A DNA stretch of 43,428 nt from Firmicutes bacterium CAG:238 (GTDB lineage: Bacteria; Bacillota; Clostridia; Christensenellales; CAG-917), in assembly GCA_963659105.1 (NCBI GenBank), contig CAVKTQ010000003.1:13228-56655 (forward strand), read 5' to 3'. The notes under the pieces are model-generated. The model did no database searches, was not told the DNA's origin, and was given only the letters and a program-made list of their open reading frames with translations. This document shows positions 19,239 to 27,121 of the stretch, piece after piece. Position 1 is the first letter of the stretch; each line of letters opens with the position of its first letter. The position numbers and the translations under genes are program-made.

Positions 19239-19317
19239 AGGTAGACCCCTTGTAATTGCACCTACGGTGCAGTTATATTGCGGCAATGCCGCAGTGATAT
19301 CGTTGCCGTGCAACGGT

Positions 19318-19581
19318 GATATCCTCGCAATGCTCGGGCGATATCCTCGCTATGTTCGGGCGATATCCTCGCTATGCTCGGGCGATATCCTCGCTATGTT
19401 CGGGCGATATCCTCGCTATGCTCGGGCGATATCCTCGCTATGTTCGGGCGATATCCTCGCTATGCTCGGGCGATATCCTCGCTATGTTCGGGCGATATCC
19501 TCGCTATGCTCGGGCGATATCCTCGCTATGTTCGGGCGATATCCTCGCTATGCTCGGGCGATATCCTCGCAGTGCGAGGAT
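19318..19581. repeat. Tandem repeat: 12 units of 22 bp (GATATCCTCGCtatgYTCGGGC) with C/T alternation, giving a 44-bp super-period
   Basis: Units start at 19318, 19340, 19362 ... 19560. Units 2-11 are identical apart from the alternating C/T. The last unit is a perfect hairpin, CCTCGCagtGCGAGG. Confidence 0.97.
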
Positions 19582-19610
19582 TGCGGATTATTCAAATCTG
19601 TTTTCCGCTT

Positions 19611-19709
19611 GTCATTCAGAGGAGCAACAGAGTTGCGACGTAGGAATCAAGGCGAAGCCGCATTTCGCTACGCTGGATTCTCACGGTCACTTTGTTCCCT
19701 CAGAATGAC
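19611..19709. mobile_element. Foldback (MITE-like) element F, copy 2 (full length, 99 bp)
   Basis: GTCATTCAGAGG...CCCTCAGAATGAC. It is near-identical to the reverse complement of 32136-32235. Confidence 0.8.
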
Positions 19710-19967
19710 ACATGGAAGATTTAAATCTTCCGCTCAACTGCGTGCGAAGCACGCTCTCACCAAACAGATAATCTTGCGAAACTGCGGCTTGATTATTTGT
19801 CCGTCTTGTTTTGATAGCAAAGATTCTCTGTGCGGTAGAAGCGCAATAAATCGAGTAAGGTTCTCGGCGATACGCAAATCTGCGTGTTGCCGTTGCCTCA
19901 GCGACGATTTTTGCGCAGTACGATTTCATCACGAAGTGATATCATCGCCAAAGGCGATATCATTTTA

Positions 19968-20501
19968 TTAAAATGTCGGTGGGGAAGCAACCCACAATAC
20001 GACCGCCTTTTCGTTCGTGCGATTTTCAAGACGGTGCGGCTTCGAGGATGTGAAGTAAAACACTTCGCCCTTTTTCACGCAGTAAGCCGCCTGCCCGATG
20101 TGAAGCCATATTCTGCCCGATATGACGTATCCGAATTCCTCGCCCTCGTGAGGCACGTCCTCTTCGAGATTGGTGTGCGGCTCTATGGTCACTCGTATGG
20201 GTTCCATCTCGTTCTTCTGCGCGTTGGGGACAAGCCATTCGATTTTGTGCGTGTCCGCAACCTTTTCGATAAACTCCGCTTCGGTGAAAACGACCTTTTC
20301 CTCCTTTTCGTCCTTGAAGAAGTCCGCAAACGTCGTTCCGAGCGCGTTGAGGATATCCTCCAAAGTTGTGATAGAGGGGGAAGTGAGTTCGTTTTCGAGT
20401 TGCGAAATGTAGCCTTTTGTCAATTCGCATCTGTCGGCGAGTTCCTCTTGCGTGAGGTTGTTTTGAAGCCTCAGTCTTTTGATTTTAGTGCCAAGTTCCA
20501 T
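19968..20501 (-). CDS. XRE-family HTH plus cupin-domain transcriptional regulator (PuuR-like)
   Basis: ATG 20501 follows GAGGGA. N-terminal HTH (IKRLRLQNNLTQEELADRCELTKGYISQLE). C-terminal cupin (HEGEEFGYVISGRIWLHIG). It sits upstream of potABCD on the same strand. Confidence 0.85.
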   Translation of the reverse strand: MELGTKIKRLRLQNNLTQEELADRCELTKGYISQLENELTSPSITTLEDILNALGTTFADFFKDEKEEKVVFTEAEFIEKVADTHKIEWLVPNAQKNEMEPIRVTIEPHTNLEEDVPHEGEEFGYVISGRIWLHIGQAAYCVKKGEVFYFTSSKPHRLENRTNEKAVVLWVASPPTF

Positions 20502-20544
20502 AAGTTCCCTCAAAAGCGAAAACGGTACACGAAGCGTGCGTTCC

Positions 20545-20642
20545 GTTTAGGCTGACTAAACTTTCGGCTTAGTTTAGGCAAAATCGACCGCGAGTTTAGC
20601 AAGTTTTGCATTTTTTAACAAAAAGTTTAGCAAAACTAAACT
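20545..20642. promoter_or_regulatory. Cluster of GTTTAG/CTAAAC operator-like sites upstream of the HTH-cupin gene
   Basis: Inverted repeats GTTTAG-n5-CTAAAC (20545-20561) and AGTTTAG-n5-CTAAACT (20624-20642), plus half-sites AGTTTAGG (20571) and AGTTTAGC (20593). Confidence 0.55.
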
Positions 20643-20965
20643 TGTCTGTCAAAAACGATTATATAGATTATAAAAGTCCGTGTCAATTATTTTGATATAT
20701 TTTTTCGACAAATTTTGCGCCGTACCGTTTGCGAAAACAAAATATGAAATATGTTTCATATTTTTTGACAACGCGCGCGTACAAATATAGAATATTAGCG
20801 CAACGAAAAATCGAGGCGAAATATGTTGAAACAATGGGTGACAATCAAAATCCCGCCGTGTTGTTTTTCCACGCAATGGGCGTGACGGGAAACAGCAGCG
20901 AGAGGGTGTCAGAGGTTTTTGCAAACGAAATCGTAATATAAACATAGGATTAACGCAAAATGCAC

Positions 20966-21000
20966 AAAAAAATCCTCGCTAAATCTTGCGAGGATTTTTT
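20966..21000. terminator. Bidirectional intrinsic terminator
   Basis: AATCCTCGC taaatctt GCGAGGATT, flanked by an A7 run and a T6 run. Confidence 0.7.
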
Positions 21001-21113
21001 GTGTTTTCAGCCAAGTTTTTAAGGCAATAGTGCGTTTTCGACGTTGCTCTTTTGTGCAAGACAGAACTTCGCCGCACATCAAAACGTCGCTTTTGAAATA
21101 TTGACGTAACGAT

Positions 21114-22394
21114 TTAGTCAGCCGTGCCTGCGACCGCTATATCCGTAAACTTGACCGCATAAGGTCCTTCGTAGTTTGCAGACGAGAATCTCTCTGTCGA
21201 GAACGTCATATTCTGTTGCGCTTCGATGAGATTGCCGTTTATCGAGCCGCCCGTAACGGGGGTGACTTTGCCGTCCTCGATGAGGTAGGCAAGACGGATT
21301 TCGCCTCCGAAGTGACCCGAGAACGCGTCCATTTGGAAGTCGGAAAACGCAACCGCCCAAAGGCAGGGCTTTTTCTTCATATCCTCGAAGGATACGCTGC
21401 CGAGATTGTCGCATTTTGCTTTTTCGTACGCGCCGGTGGGTTCGATTCCGAGATAGCGGCAGAAGGGAGTGCTTCCGTGTATTGCCGAAAGTTTGCCGTC
21501 TTTCACGACCGTGAGGTCTTGCATTTTTATGCCGTCGCCGCTGAAAGGTCTTGTGGCAACCATAGTGAGGTCGAGAGCGTCGCCCTTGACGTCGCCTTGC
21601 ACGCCGTCGCCCGTTTTCCATGAGGAATAACCGGGGTAAATCATATCCGCCGCCGATTTTTCTTCGTAGTAGGACAGCACTTCCGCAAGGTTCTTGCCGC
21701 TCAAAATCACGTCGTATTTGCCGCTCTTGAGCGCTCTTTGCGCCAAAGCCCTGTCGTACACGAAGTCGAGATATTCTTTCACGCCTTTTTTGAGAGCGTC
21801 GGTGTTTACGTCGTCGTATTCGAATTGATTGATGAGTTCAACGTCCTCGGGACTCTTGCATTGCACGACGTAATCGCCTTTGCAAACCGCGTCGGTGAAG
21901 GAAACGTCCGTGCCTTCCGACGTCATAATGCGAGTGAAGGTCTTGTGGCAGAACACTTCCGTCGAATTGATATATGCGTGTTTGTTGGTGTCTTGCGAGA
22001 ACACTGCCGCCGCCATTTTACCCGCGCTTTCGGCAAGCGGTGCGGTTGCGAGTTCGTTGTGCTTGTAAATCGTGTCGGACACGACTTTCGCGGGCGGCGC
22101 GAAATAAGGATTCATCGCAAATTGCGCGGCGTAGTACGCGCCCTCGATTGCGCCTTTAACCTCGTCGTAGGTCATGGAAGCGATTATGTTCGCGTTGGTG
22201 TTGCCCACCAGCTTCTTGCCGTCCTTTTCGCCCTCTCTGTACACCGTGACGGTGCATTTATGGGTGTCTTTGATACGTCTTGTGTCAAGAGTATGCTTGA
22301 CGAAAAACAGTTCCGCCGATTCCTCTTTGACCTCGTTGATACGCCAACGAGTTATATTAAGTTCGGACAATGCCTTTTTGATGTTGTCTATCAT
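21114..22394 (-). CDS. pmbA: TldD/PmbA family metalloprotease subunit (PmbA/TldE-like)
   Basis: About 426 aa. ATG 22394 follows GAGAGGTGG. PmbA_TldD family features are present without the HExxxH motif, and it is paired with tldD immediately upstream. Confidence 0.8.
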   Translation of the reverse strand: MIDNIKKALSELNITRWRINEVKEESAELFFVKHTLDTRRIKDTHKCTVTVYREGEKDGKKLVGNTNANIIASMTYDEVKGAIEGAYYAAQFAMNPYFAPPAKVVSDTIYKHNELATAPLAESAGKMAAAVFSQDTNKHAYINSTEVFCHKTFTRIMTSEGTDVSFTDAVCKGDYVVQCKSPEDVELINQFEYDDVNTDALKKGVKEYLDFVYDRALAQRALKSGKYDVILSGKNLAEVLSYYEEKSAADMIYPGYSSWKTGDGVQGDVKGDALDLTMVATRPFSGDGIKMQDLTVVKDGKLSAIHGSTPFCRYLGIEPTGAYEKAKCDNLGSVSFEDMKKKPCLWAVAFSDFQMDAFSGHFGGEIRLAYLIEDGKVTPVTGGSINGNLIEAQQNMTFSTERFSSANYEGPYAVKFTDIAVAGTAD

Positions 22395-22405
22395 AACGCC
22401 ACCTC

Positions 22406-23824
22406 TCAACCAAGTCTAATGCGGGCTTTCATATACGGACCGCCGTCGGACACTTTGACCCATTCCTTGTAACCCTTGCCGCAGAATCCGCTTCCGCAGG
22501 TCACGAGGCTCGAACTCATCATACTCACCGATTTGAGAAGGTCGGGAACGTAGCCTGTAAGCACGATGGGCGAGAACACTTTGCCCGTGAGTTTGCCGTC
22601 TTTTATCTCTCTTGCTCTTGTAACCATACATTGAATACCCCAGTTTTTCGGGTCTTCCATACCGCTCGACGGCGATTCGAGCAAGAATCCGTATTTGACG
22701 GAAGCGATCATATCTTCGGGCGTAACGCCTTCTTTTGCGCCCTCGAAATAGGTGTTTGTCATACGCGTGTACACTTTGCGCTCGTAACTTTCGCGCCTGC
22801 CGTTGCCCGTCGGTTTTACGCCGAGTCTGCTTGCAGACAGCGCGTCGCACATACCGCGTTTCAAAAATCCGTTCGAGATGACGACGGTGTCGCCCGTGAG
22901 CGTGCCTTCGTCGTCGAACCAGCAAGTGGCAGTGTCGTCAACCGCGTTGCCGTCGTGCATTGTCACGAGGTCGCTTGCAACTCTTTGATCGATAAAACTC
23001 GAAGCAAGCGCTCTGTCTTTGACGAACATATCCATTTCCACGCCGTGTCCGAACGCCTCGTGAACGATCATACCTGTCGTGTCGGGATCGCAAATGCACT
23101 CGTATTCGCCCGGGATCATCGGCTCGCTTTTTAGAAGTTCGACCGCCTCGTTTGCAACTTGCACCGCATAGCCCTCCATCTTGTCGAGAAGTTCCGCGCC
23201 GCCGAGGGTGGAGAAGCCCTTGTATGCGTCCTTGACTTCCTCGCCTCTTGCCGCCATTGCCATAATTGCGCCGTTTGTCCACATAACCGTTTGGTCGAGG
23301 TCGCGATGAGCGGAAATAAATACCTTTCTGAACGCTCTGTACGAAACCGTCGCGATTGCGTCCAAAACGCCATCGACGGTCAACGCCTTGTTGCGTATTT
23401 GTTCAAGTCTAGCCAAAATCGCCTCGTCGCCCATTTCTTTGGGGTGAATCTCAAACGCGCTCACCTTTTTCAAGGTTGCGGGTTCGTCTTCGGGAATAGG
23501 GGTGGGAAGAGGTGCGATACCGTCGGGAATATTCTTCGTTTCAAGCGCAATGCGCTCGCGCATTTCTTTGAGAATTTGCGGTATTTTTTCTTCGGAAAAT
23601 TCGTTGAAAGAGTACTCGGCGCAACCCGTTTTGTCAAACACTCTCACCACAAAGCCCGAGCCTCCGCCCAAGCCTTGACTGTTTATTCTTTTGCCCGTGC
23701 GGCTTATTCGCCATCCGCGATTTTCGTCCTCGACCGCAAGCACGGAAGCATAGGCGTACTCTTTTAGAAGTTCTTGCACCAAATGCTTGATTGCAGGCTT
23801 GATTTTATCGAGTTTTTCAAACAT
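22406..23824 (-). CDS. tldD: Metalloprotease TldD
   Basis: 472 aa. ATG 23824 follows AAGGAG. It contains the HEAFGHGVE zinc motif characteristic of TldD. Confidence 0.88.
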   Translation of the reverse strand: MFEKLDKIKPAIKHLVQELLKEYAYASVLAVEDENRGWRISRTGKRINSQGLGGGSGFVVRVFDKTGCAEYSFNEFSEEKIPQILKEMRERIALETKNIPDGIAPLPTPIPEDEPATLKKVSAFEIHPKEMGDEAILARLEQIRNKALTVDGVLDAIATVSYRAFRKVFISAHRDLDQTVMWTNGAIMAMAARGEEVKDAYKGFSTLGGAELLDKMEGYAVQVANEAVELLKSEPMIPGEYECICDPDTTGMIVHEAFGHGVEMDMFVKDRALASSFIDQRVASDLVTMHDGNAVDDTATCWFDDEGTLTGDTVVISNGFLKRGMCDALSASRLGVKPTGNGRRESYERKVYTRMTNTYFEGAKEGVTPEDMIASVKYGFLLESPSSGMEDPKNWGIQCMVTRAREIKDGKLTGKVFSPIVLTGYVPDLLKSVSMMSSSLVTCGSGFCGKGYKEWVKVSDGGPYMKARIRLG

Positions 23825-24015
23825 AATCACATCTCCTTTATAGAATCGCGCAACGCAGCGTATACCGTCCGCCGCACCGCTCGATGTATCTATTTGTTTA
23901 CTGTACAACATTATCCGTCCAAACAGTGGATTTGTCAAGTTGTGAGCCGTATCGCTCGCAACTTTTAGACAAAACGAATCGGACAAAATCGAATGAGATA
24001 TTTTTCAAAACGAAG

Positions 24016-24043
24016 TTGATTTTTTCATAATATGTGATATAAT
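24016..24043 (+). promoter_or_regulatory. Promoter of ssrA (extended -10)
   Basis: TTGATT, 16-bp spacer, TGaTATAAT, about 35 bp upstream of the mature tmRNA 5' end. Confidence 0.6.
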
Positions 24044-24077
24044 CATTGCACCAAGGCGGTTTTGATTGCCCGCTTTC

Positions 24078-24442
24078 GGGGGTGTTCTGGATTCGACATT
24101 CGGTCTGATGCGGGATAAGCACGTCGTAGGCTCGGCTACGTAAAAACGGAACGTTAAAATTAAACGCAAAAAACAATCAAAAGAGCTCCAATATGGAGTT
24201 CGCTCTTGCTGCATAATTTAAGTCGGCACGTCGACGCGAGGTTTTCTGTTCCCTCGTCAATCGGCGTCAGAAAAACAGACAACGCAATCTGATTTCTCGG
24301 TAGGGTTGTTGTCAATACGAGATCATCGAGGCAAGGTTTGTAGGTGAACCGAACTTAGAAAAATTTTAATCACCGACTAAACGTGTAGAAAGTGCCGAGT
24401 ACGGTCGGGTGGACCGGGGTTCAAATCCCCGCACTTCCACCA
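24078..24442 (+). ncRNA. ssrA: tmRNA (SsrA), 365 nt
   Basis: 5' GGGGGTGTTCTGGATTCGAC and 3' GGACCGGGGTTCAAATCCCCGCACTTCCACCA. The acceptor stem includes a G3:U pair. The tag reading frame is GCA AAA AAC ... GCT CTT GCT GCA TAA, giving AKNNQKSSNMEFALAA. Confidence 0.95.
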
Positions 24443-24450
24443 CAAAAAAG

Positions 24451-24484
24451 ACAAGTTGAACCCCTGTTCGACTTGTTTTTTTTT
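24451..24484 (+). terminator. ssrA terminator
   Basis: ACAAGTTGAAC ccct GTTCGACTTGT followed by T8. Confidence 0.8.
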
Positions 24485-24544
24485 GTCTGTCGTGTGGGGA
24501 TTTCTGTGATTTTTTCTAAAAAATCACGCCACGGCTCCGCCGTG

Positions 24545-24568
24545 TGAACCCCTGTTCGACTTGTTTTT
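24545..24568 (+). repeat. 24-nt direct repeat of the ssrA terminator 3' arm
   Basis: TGAACCCCTGTTCGACTTGTTTTT at 24457-24480 recurs identically at 24545-24568. Confidence 0.9.
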
Positions 24569-24589
24569 ATCTTTTATGAATTATTTAGG

Positions 24590-25060
24590 TTATCCGTAGA
24601 TTTTGATTCCGTACTTGAGAATGTCGTTGAGAAGTGCGGGGGCGGAACACAACTGCGACGTATCGAGCAGATCGACTTTCTTTTTCAGTGTTTCTCTCAA
24701 CACTTGCGCAAGTTCGGCGGTGGGCAAGTCGGCATTTGCCGTAGATATCAACAAATCGACGTCGCTCGTTTCGGTTGCGTTGCCTTTTGCATAAGAACCG
24801 AAAAGGTAGCAACAATCAACTCTATATAAGTTTAATATGCCTGTGCATATCGTCTTTATCTTGTCTATTGTCAGAATGCCTTGATTCTCGCTTATCGCGC
24901 CGTATGCGTTCAAACGGTCGAACACATATTGCCGTTTGATGTTGTTTATCTTCGGCTCATCGCTTTCATATCGGCAGTAGGTGCGCAGCGGAATGCCCAA
25001 ATACTCGGCGCATGCTTTTTGCGTCAATTCTTTTTCGATTCGTAATTGTTTCAATGTCAT
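24590..25060 (-). CDS. XRE-HTH fused to a MNT-type nucleotidyltransferase domain
   Basis: ATG 25060 follows GAGGTGA. N-terminal HTH (LKQLRIEKELTQKACAEYLGIP). C-terminal GSYAKGNATETSDVDLL motif (GS-x9-SDxD, pol-beta/MNT NTase). Confidence 0.8.
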   Translation of the reverse strand: MTLKQLRIEKELTQKACAEYLGIPLRTYCRYESDEPKINNIKRQYVFDRLNAYGAISENQGILTIDKIKTICTGILNLYRVDCCYLFGSYAKGNATETSDVDLLISTANADLPTAELAQVLRETLKKKVDLLDTSQLCSAPALLNDILKYGIKIYG

Positions 25061-25078
25061 AGTTATCACCTCTGCTCT

Positions 25079-25106
25079 ATTATAACACGCTGGCATATAA
25101 ATGCAA
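25079..25106 (-). promoter_or_regulatory. Promoter of the HTH-NTase gene
   Basis: On the minus strand: TTGCAT, 16-bp spacer, TGtTATAAT (extended -10). Confidence 0.55.
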
Positions 25107-25427
25107 GAAAAATATTGCCATATAGACATAAAATTTTGAATAATAATTGCCTAAGTGGCATTTTGTGTGCGGAAATCATAGTGCCTAAATGGCGAAAAGC
25201 GCATTTGATTGTATTGCCATTGGGCATAATTTGCTTGCCAACTCGGATTTTTGGTTTTCCGTTTGAGAGGCGGCGCGGTTATATAAAAAAACAAGCGCAA
25301 CGCTTTGTTTGGCTCTTGTTCGGACAAATCCCTCGGTGTTTGGCGGCTTTAAGTATGTCTTAGATTTGTATGAACTGTTCTTTATTTTTGGAGGCGTTGC
25401 GCTTGAAAGTATAACTCGCCAAAGTGT

Positions 25428-25462
25428 AAAAAAAAGTCCCGACAGAAGTCGAGACTTTTTTT
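25428..25462 (-). terminator. Intrinsic terminator of the DUF5684 gene
   Basis: On the minus strand: AGTCTCGAC ttct GTCGGGACT followed by T8. Confidence 0.75.
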
Positions 25463-25477
25463 GGATTTGAAGCGTCG

Positions 25478-26002
25478 TTACTCGTTGTCGGATTGCGGCA
25501 TAACAGTTTCGAGGGTGGTGTTGCCGATATATTCCGATTTGCCGAAACCGAGAATGAGGTTGAATATGAACGGCAAGAGTACCAAACCGATTGTGAAACC
25601 TGCGCCGTGTCCGAAGGATTTGGAAACGTGATAGTGAATTTTGATTTCAACAACCAAAAGTACGATTTGTGCGGCGAGATTCAAGAGGCTCAACACAAGA
25701 TACCAGGGGTTTGCGTCGCCGTAGGCTTCGCCGACTGCAACCGCCGTGCTTTCAAGCACAAGTGCAAGCACTGCAAACACGATTGTCACCGTAAAGTATT
25801 TCATTTTGCTGCAGTTTTTCAAGATCAAATAGAGGTTGTAAACGGGGATAAGCGATTTCCAGCCTTTTTCGCCCATCTTTGTGAAAACCTTCCAATCTGC
25901 CGCGCAGATCAAAATGTACAAACCGAAAATGATAGCCAAACTCGTGAATACGACAGCCGCCGGTTGACCTTGAAGTTCAGGAAAGAGTTGTCCGATAGTC
26001 AT
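25478..26002 (-). CDS. DUF5684-like small membrane protein
   Basis: 174 aa, about 4 TM helices. WKVFTKMGEKGWKSLIPVYNLYLILK matches the conserved DUF5684 motif. Confidence 0.7.
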   Translation of the reverse strand: MTIGQLFPELQGQPAAVVFTSLAIIFGLYILICAADWKVFTKMGEKGWKSLIPVYNLYLILKNCSKMKYFTVTIVFAVLALVLESTAVAVGEAYGDANPWYLVLSLLNLAAQIVLLVVEIKIHYHVSKSFGHGAGFTIGLVLLPFIFNLILGFGKSEYIGNTTLETVMPQSDNE

Positions 26003-26150
26003 TGTTGTATCTCCTTTTTGCGTATGTAACGCTAAATTGTATTCAAAAAAACGGGTTTATTATATTCACACGCATAGTTCTTGTCAAATATATGAATACA
26101 CTTTTTTATGTTTTTGTATATTAAGACACTTGTCTATTCCAAACGGGTGC

Positions 26151-26178
26151 AAAAAACCGCCCGAAACGGGCGGTTTTA
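26151..26178 (-). terminator. Intrinsic terminator of mscL
   Basis: AACCGCCCG aaa CGGGCGGTT, with a T-run on the minus strand. Confidence 0.8.
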
Positions 26179-26204
26179 TACATAATTTCGAATATTTGGA
26201 TAGA

Positions 26205-26837
26205 TTATTCCTTGTCTGCTTTCTCGTCAAGAAGCGCGGTTGCTTTTTCGACTTGTTGCGCTTTGAGAAGGTCGCGGATTTCGCGGAGCAAATCTTCGCT
26301 CGATTCGGGTTTGTTTGCTTCTGCCGCCGCAGCCGCTTCTGCGTCCGCTTTTGCTTGCGCTTCGTCGCGAGCAGCCTTGATTGCAACGAGTTCCTTCTTG
26401 GTTGCGACCTTGCCTTTGATGGTTGCTTTTTCCTCGGGAGTGAGGGATTCGAGGAATTTCGTATCGCGTTTAAGTCCCGTAAATCCGCCTTTGACGGAGT
26501 TGATGAGTTTGATCACCGCAAACAAAACAAGTGCGGTGAGCAAGAACGTGACGATTGCGCTGATTACCGCGCCAAAATCCATGATAACCGCTTCTTTTAT
26601 AACGGTGCCCGCTTCGTCTACAACGGGGTTTCTCAAAACGACTTGCAAACTCTTGCCGTCGCCGAGAGGAATCATATTGATGAGCGGTTGGAGAATACCT
26701 TTTACAAGTGCCGTCACGATTGCGGTGAAAGCACTGCCGATAATCATACCAACGGCGAGATCGAGAACGCTGCCTCTGTTGATAAACGCCTTAAATTCGT
26801 TCCAGAGTTTGAACTCAGGCTTTTTAAGTTTTTTCAT
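26205..26837 (-). CDS. mscL: Large-conductance mechanosensitive channel MscL with a ~70-aa Ala/Glu/Lys-rich C-terminal extension
   Basis: ATG 26837 follows AAGGAGAG. N-terminus FKAFINRGSVLDLAVGMIIGSAFTAIVTALV is the canonical MscL sequence. At 210 aa it is longer than the usual ~130-150 aa. Confidence 0.88.
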   Translation of the reverse strand: MKKLKKPEFKLWNEFKAFINRGSVLDLAVGMIIGSAFTAIVTALVKGILQPLINMIPLGDGKSLQVVLRNPVVDEAGTVIKEAVIMDFGAVISAIVTFLLTALVLFAVIKLINSVKGGFTGLKRDTKFLESLTPEEKATIKGKVATKKELVAIKAARDEAQAKADAEAAAAAEANKPESSEDLLREIRDLLKAQQVEKATALLDEKADKE

Positions 26838-26953
26838 AAAGTTATCTCTCCTTACGTTGATAATAAACAATATAGTACATTTCGTATTTCAAGTCAAGAA
26901 AATGGACGATTTGACAAAATCCGAGGCATTTTTCGGCTATTTTCGCAAAATAA

Positions 26954-26982
26954 TTGACTTGAATCGTGCTTGCGCATACAAT
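26954..26982 (+). promoter_or_regulatory. Sigma-A promoter of the TPP riboswitch/transporter unit
   Basis: TTGACT, 17-bp spacer, TACAAT. Confidence 0.6.
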
Positions 26983-26984
26983 AA

Positions 26985-27060
26985 AGGTCGCTAGGGGTGC
27001 TGTAAAGCTGAGATGATACCCTCAAACTTGTGAGATAATCCTCGCGTAAGGAAGCAACAA
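26985..27060 (+). promoter_or_regulatory. TPP (THI-box) riboswitch aptamer
   Basis: CTAGGGGTGC...GCTGAGA...ACCC...ACTTGTGAGATAATCCTCGCGTAAGGAAG follows the conserved THI element pattern (GGGGTGC / CTGAGA / ACCC / GATAAT...GCGTAGGGAA). The downstream gene is ThiT-like. Confidence 0.8.
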
Positions 27061-27121
27061 AACGAAAGTTTAAGACATTGCCTTTTCTTTTCAAGTTCCC
27101 CATAGCAGGAGGACTTTTTTT

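Larger units (their letters stand above)
19257..19966. repeat. Mosaic repeat locus R4, filling the whole gap between the regulator and potA: hairpin/linker array with VNTR (19257-19610), F (19611-19709), hp plus inverted L (19713-19922), partial array (19923-19963)
   Basis: Direct alignment with R1, R3, R5 and R6 modules. The 258-aa ORF 19195..19971, with its SGDILAMFGRYPRY periodicity, is a translation artefact of the repeat. Confidence 0.92.

Noticed and set aside
19318-19581. Possible CRISPR array
   Set aside because: The units are contiguous 22-bp repeats with no unique spacers, there are no cas genes nearby, and 22 bp is shorter than known CRISPR repeats.
19318-19581. Plasmid-type iterons or a replication origin
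   Set aside because: I saw no rep gene, no DnaA-box cluster and no AT-rich unwinding element next to it. The unit is clearly a member of the hairpin/linker arrays found at other chromosomal intergenic sites.
19195-19971. 258-aa ORF (and nested ORFs 19316-19708 and 19374-19643) with the striking periodic peptide SGDILAMFGRYPRYxRAISSLC
   Set aside because: The periodicity is only the 22-bp DNA repeat read in three frames (22 aa = 66 bp = 3 units). There is no RBS, all three frames are open across the repeat, and the rest of the ORF runs through modules that are frame-broken in the other copies.
20729-20941. 70-aa ORF whose tail (MGDNQNPAVLFFHAMGVTGNSSERV) looks like the start of an alpha/beta hydrolase. 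It has a TTGACA-17-TAGAAT promoter at 20765-20793 and a terminator at 20966-21000.
   Set aside because: It is too short to be a functional hydrolase, and the similarity is only a short motif-level impression. It could be a gene remnant or a small transcript, but I cannot support a call from sequence alone.
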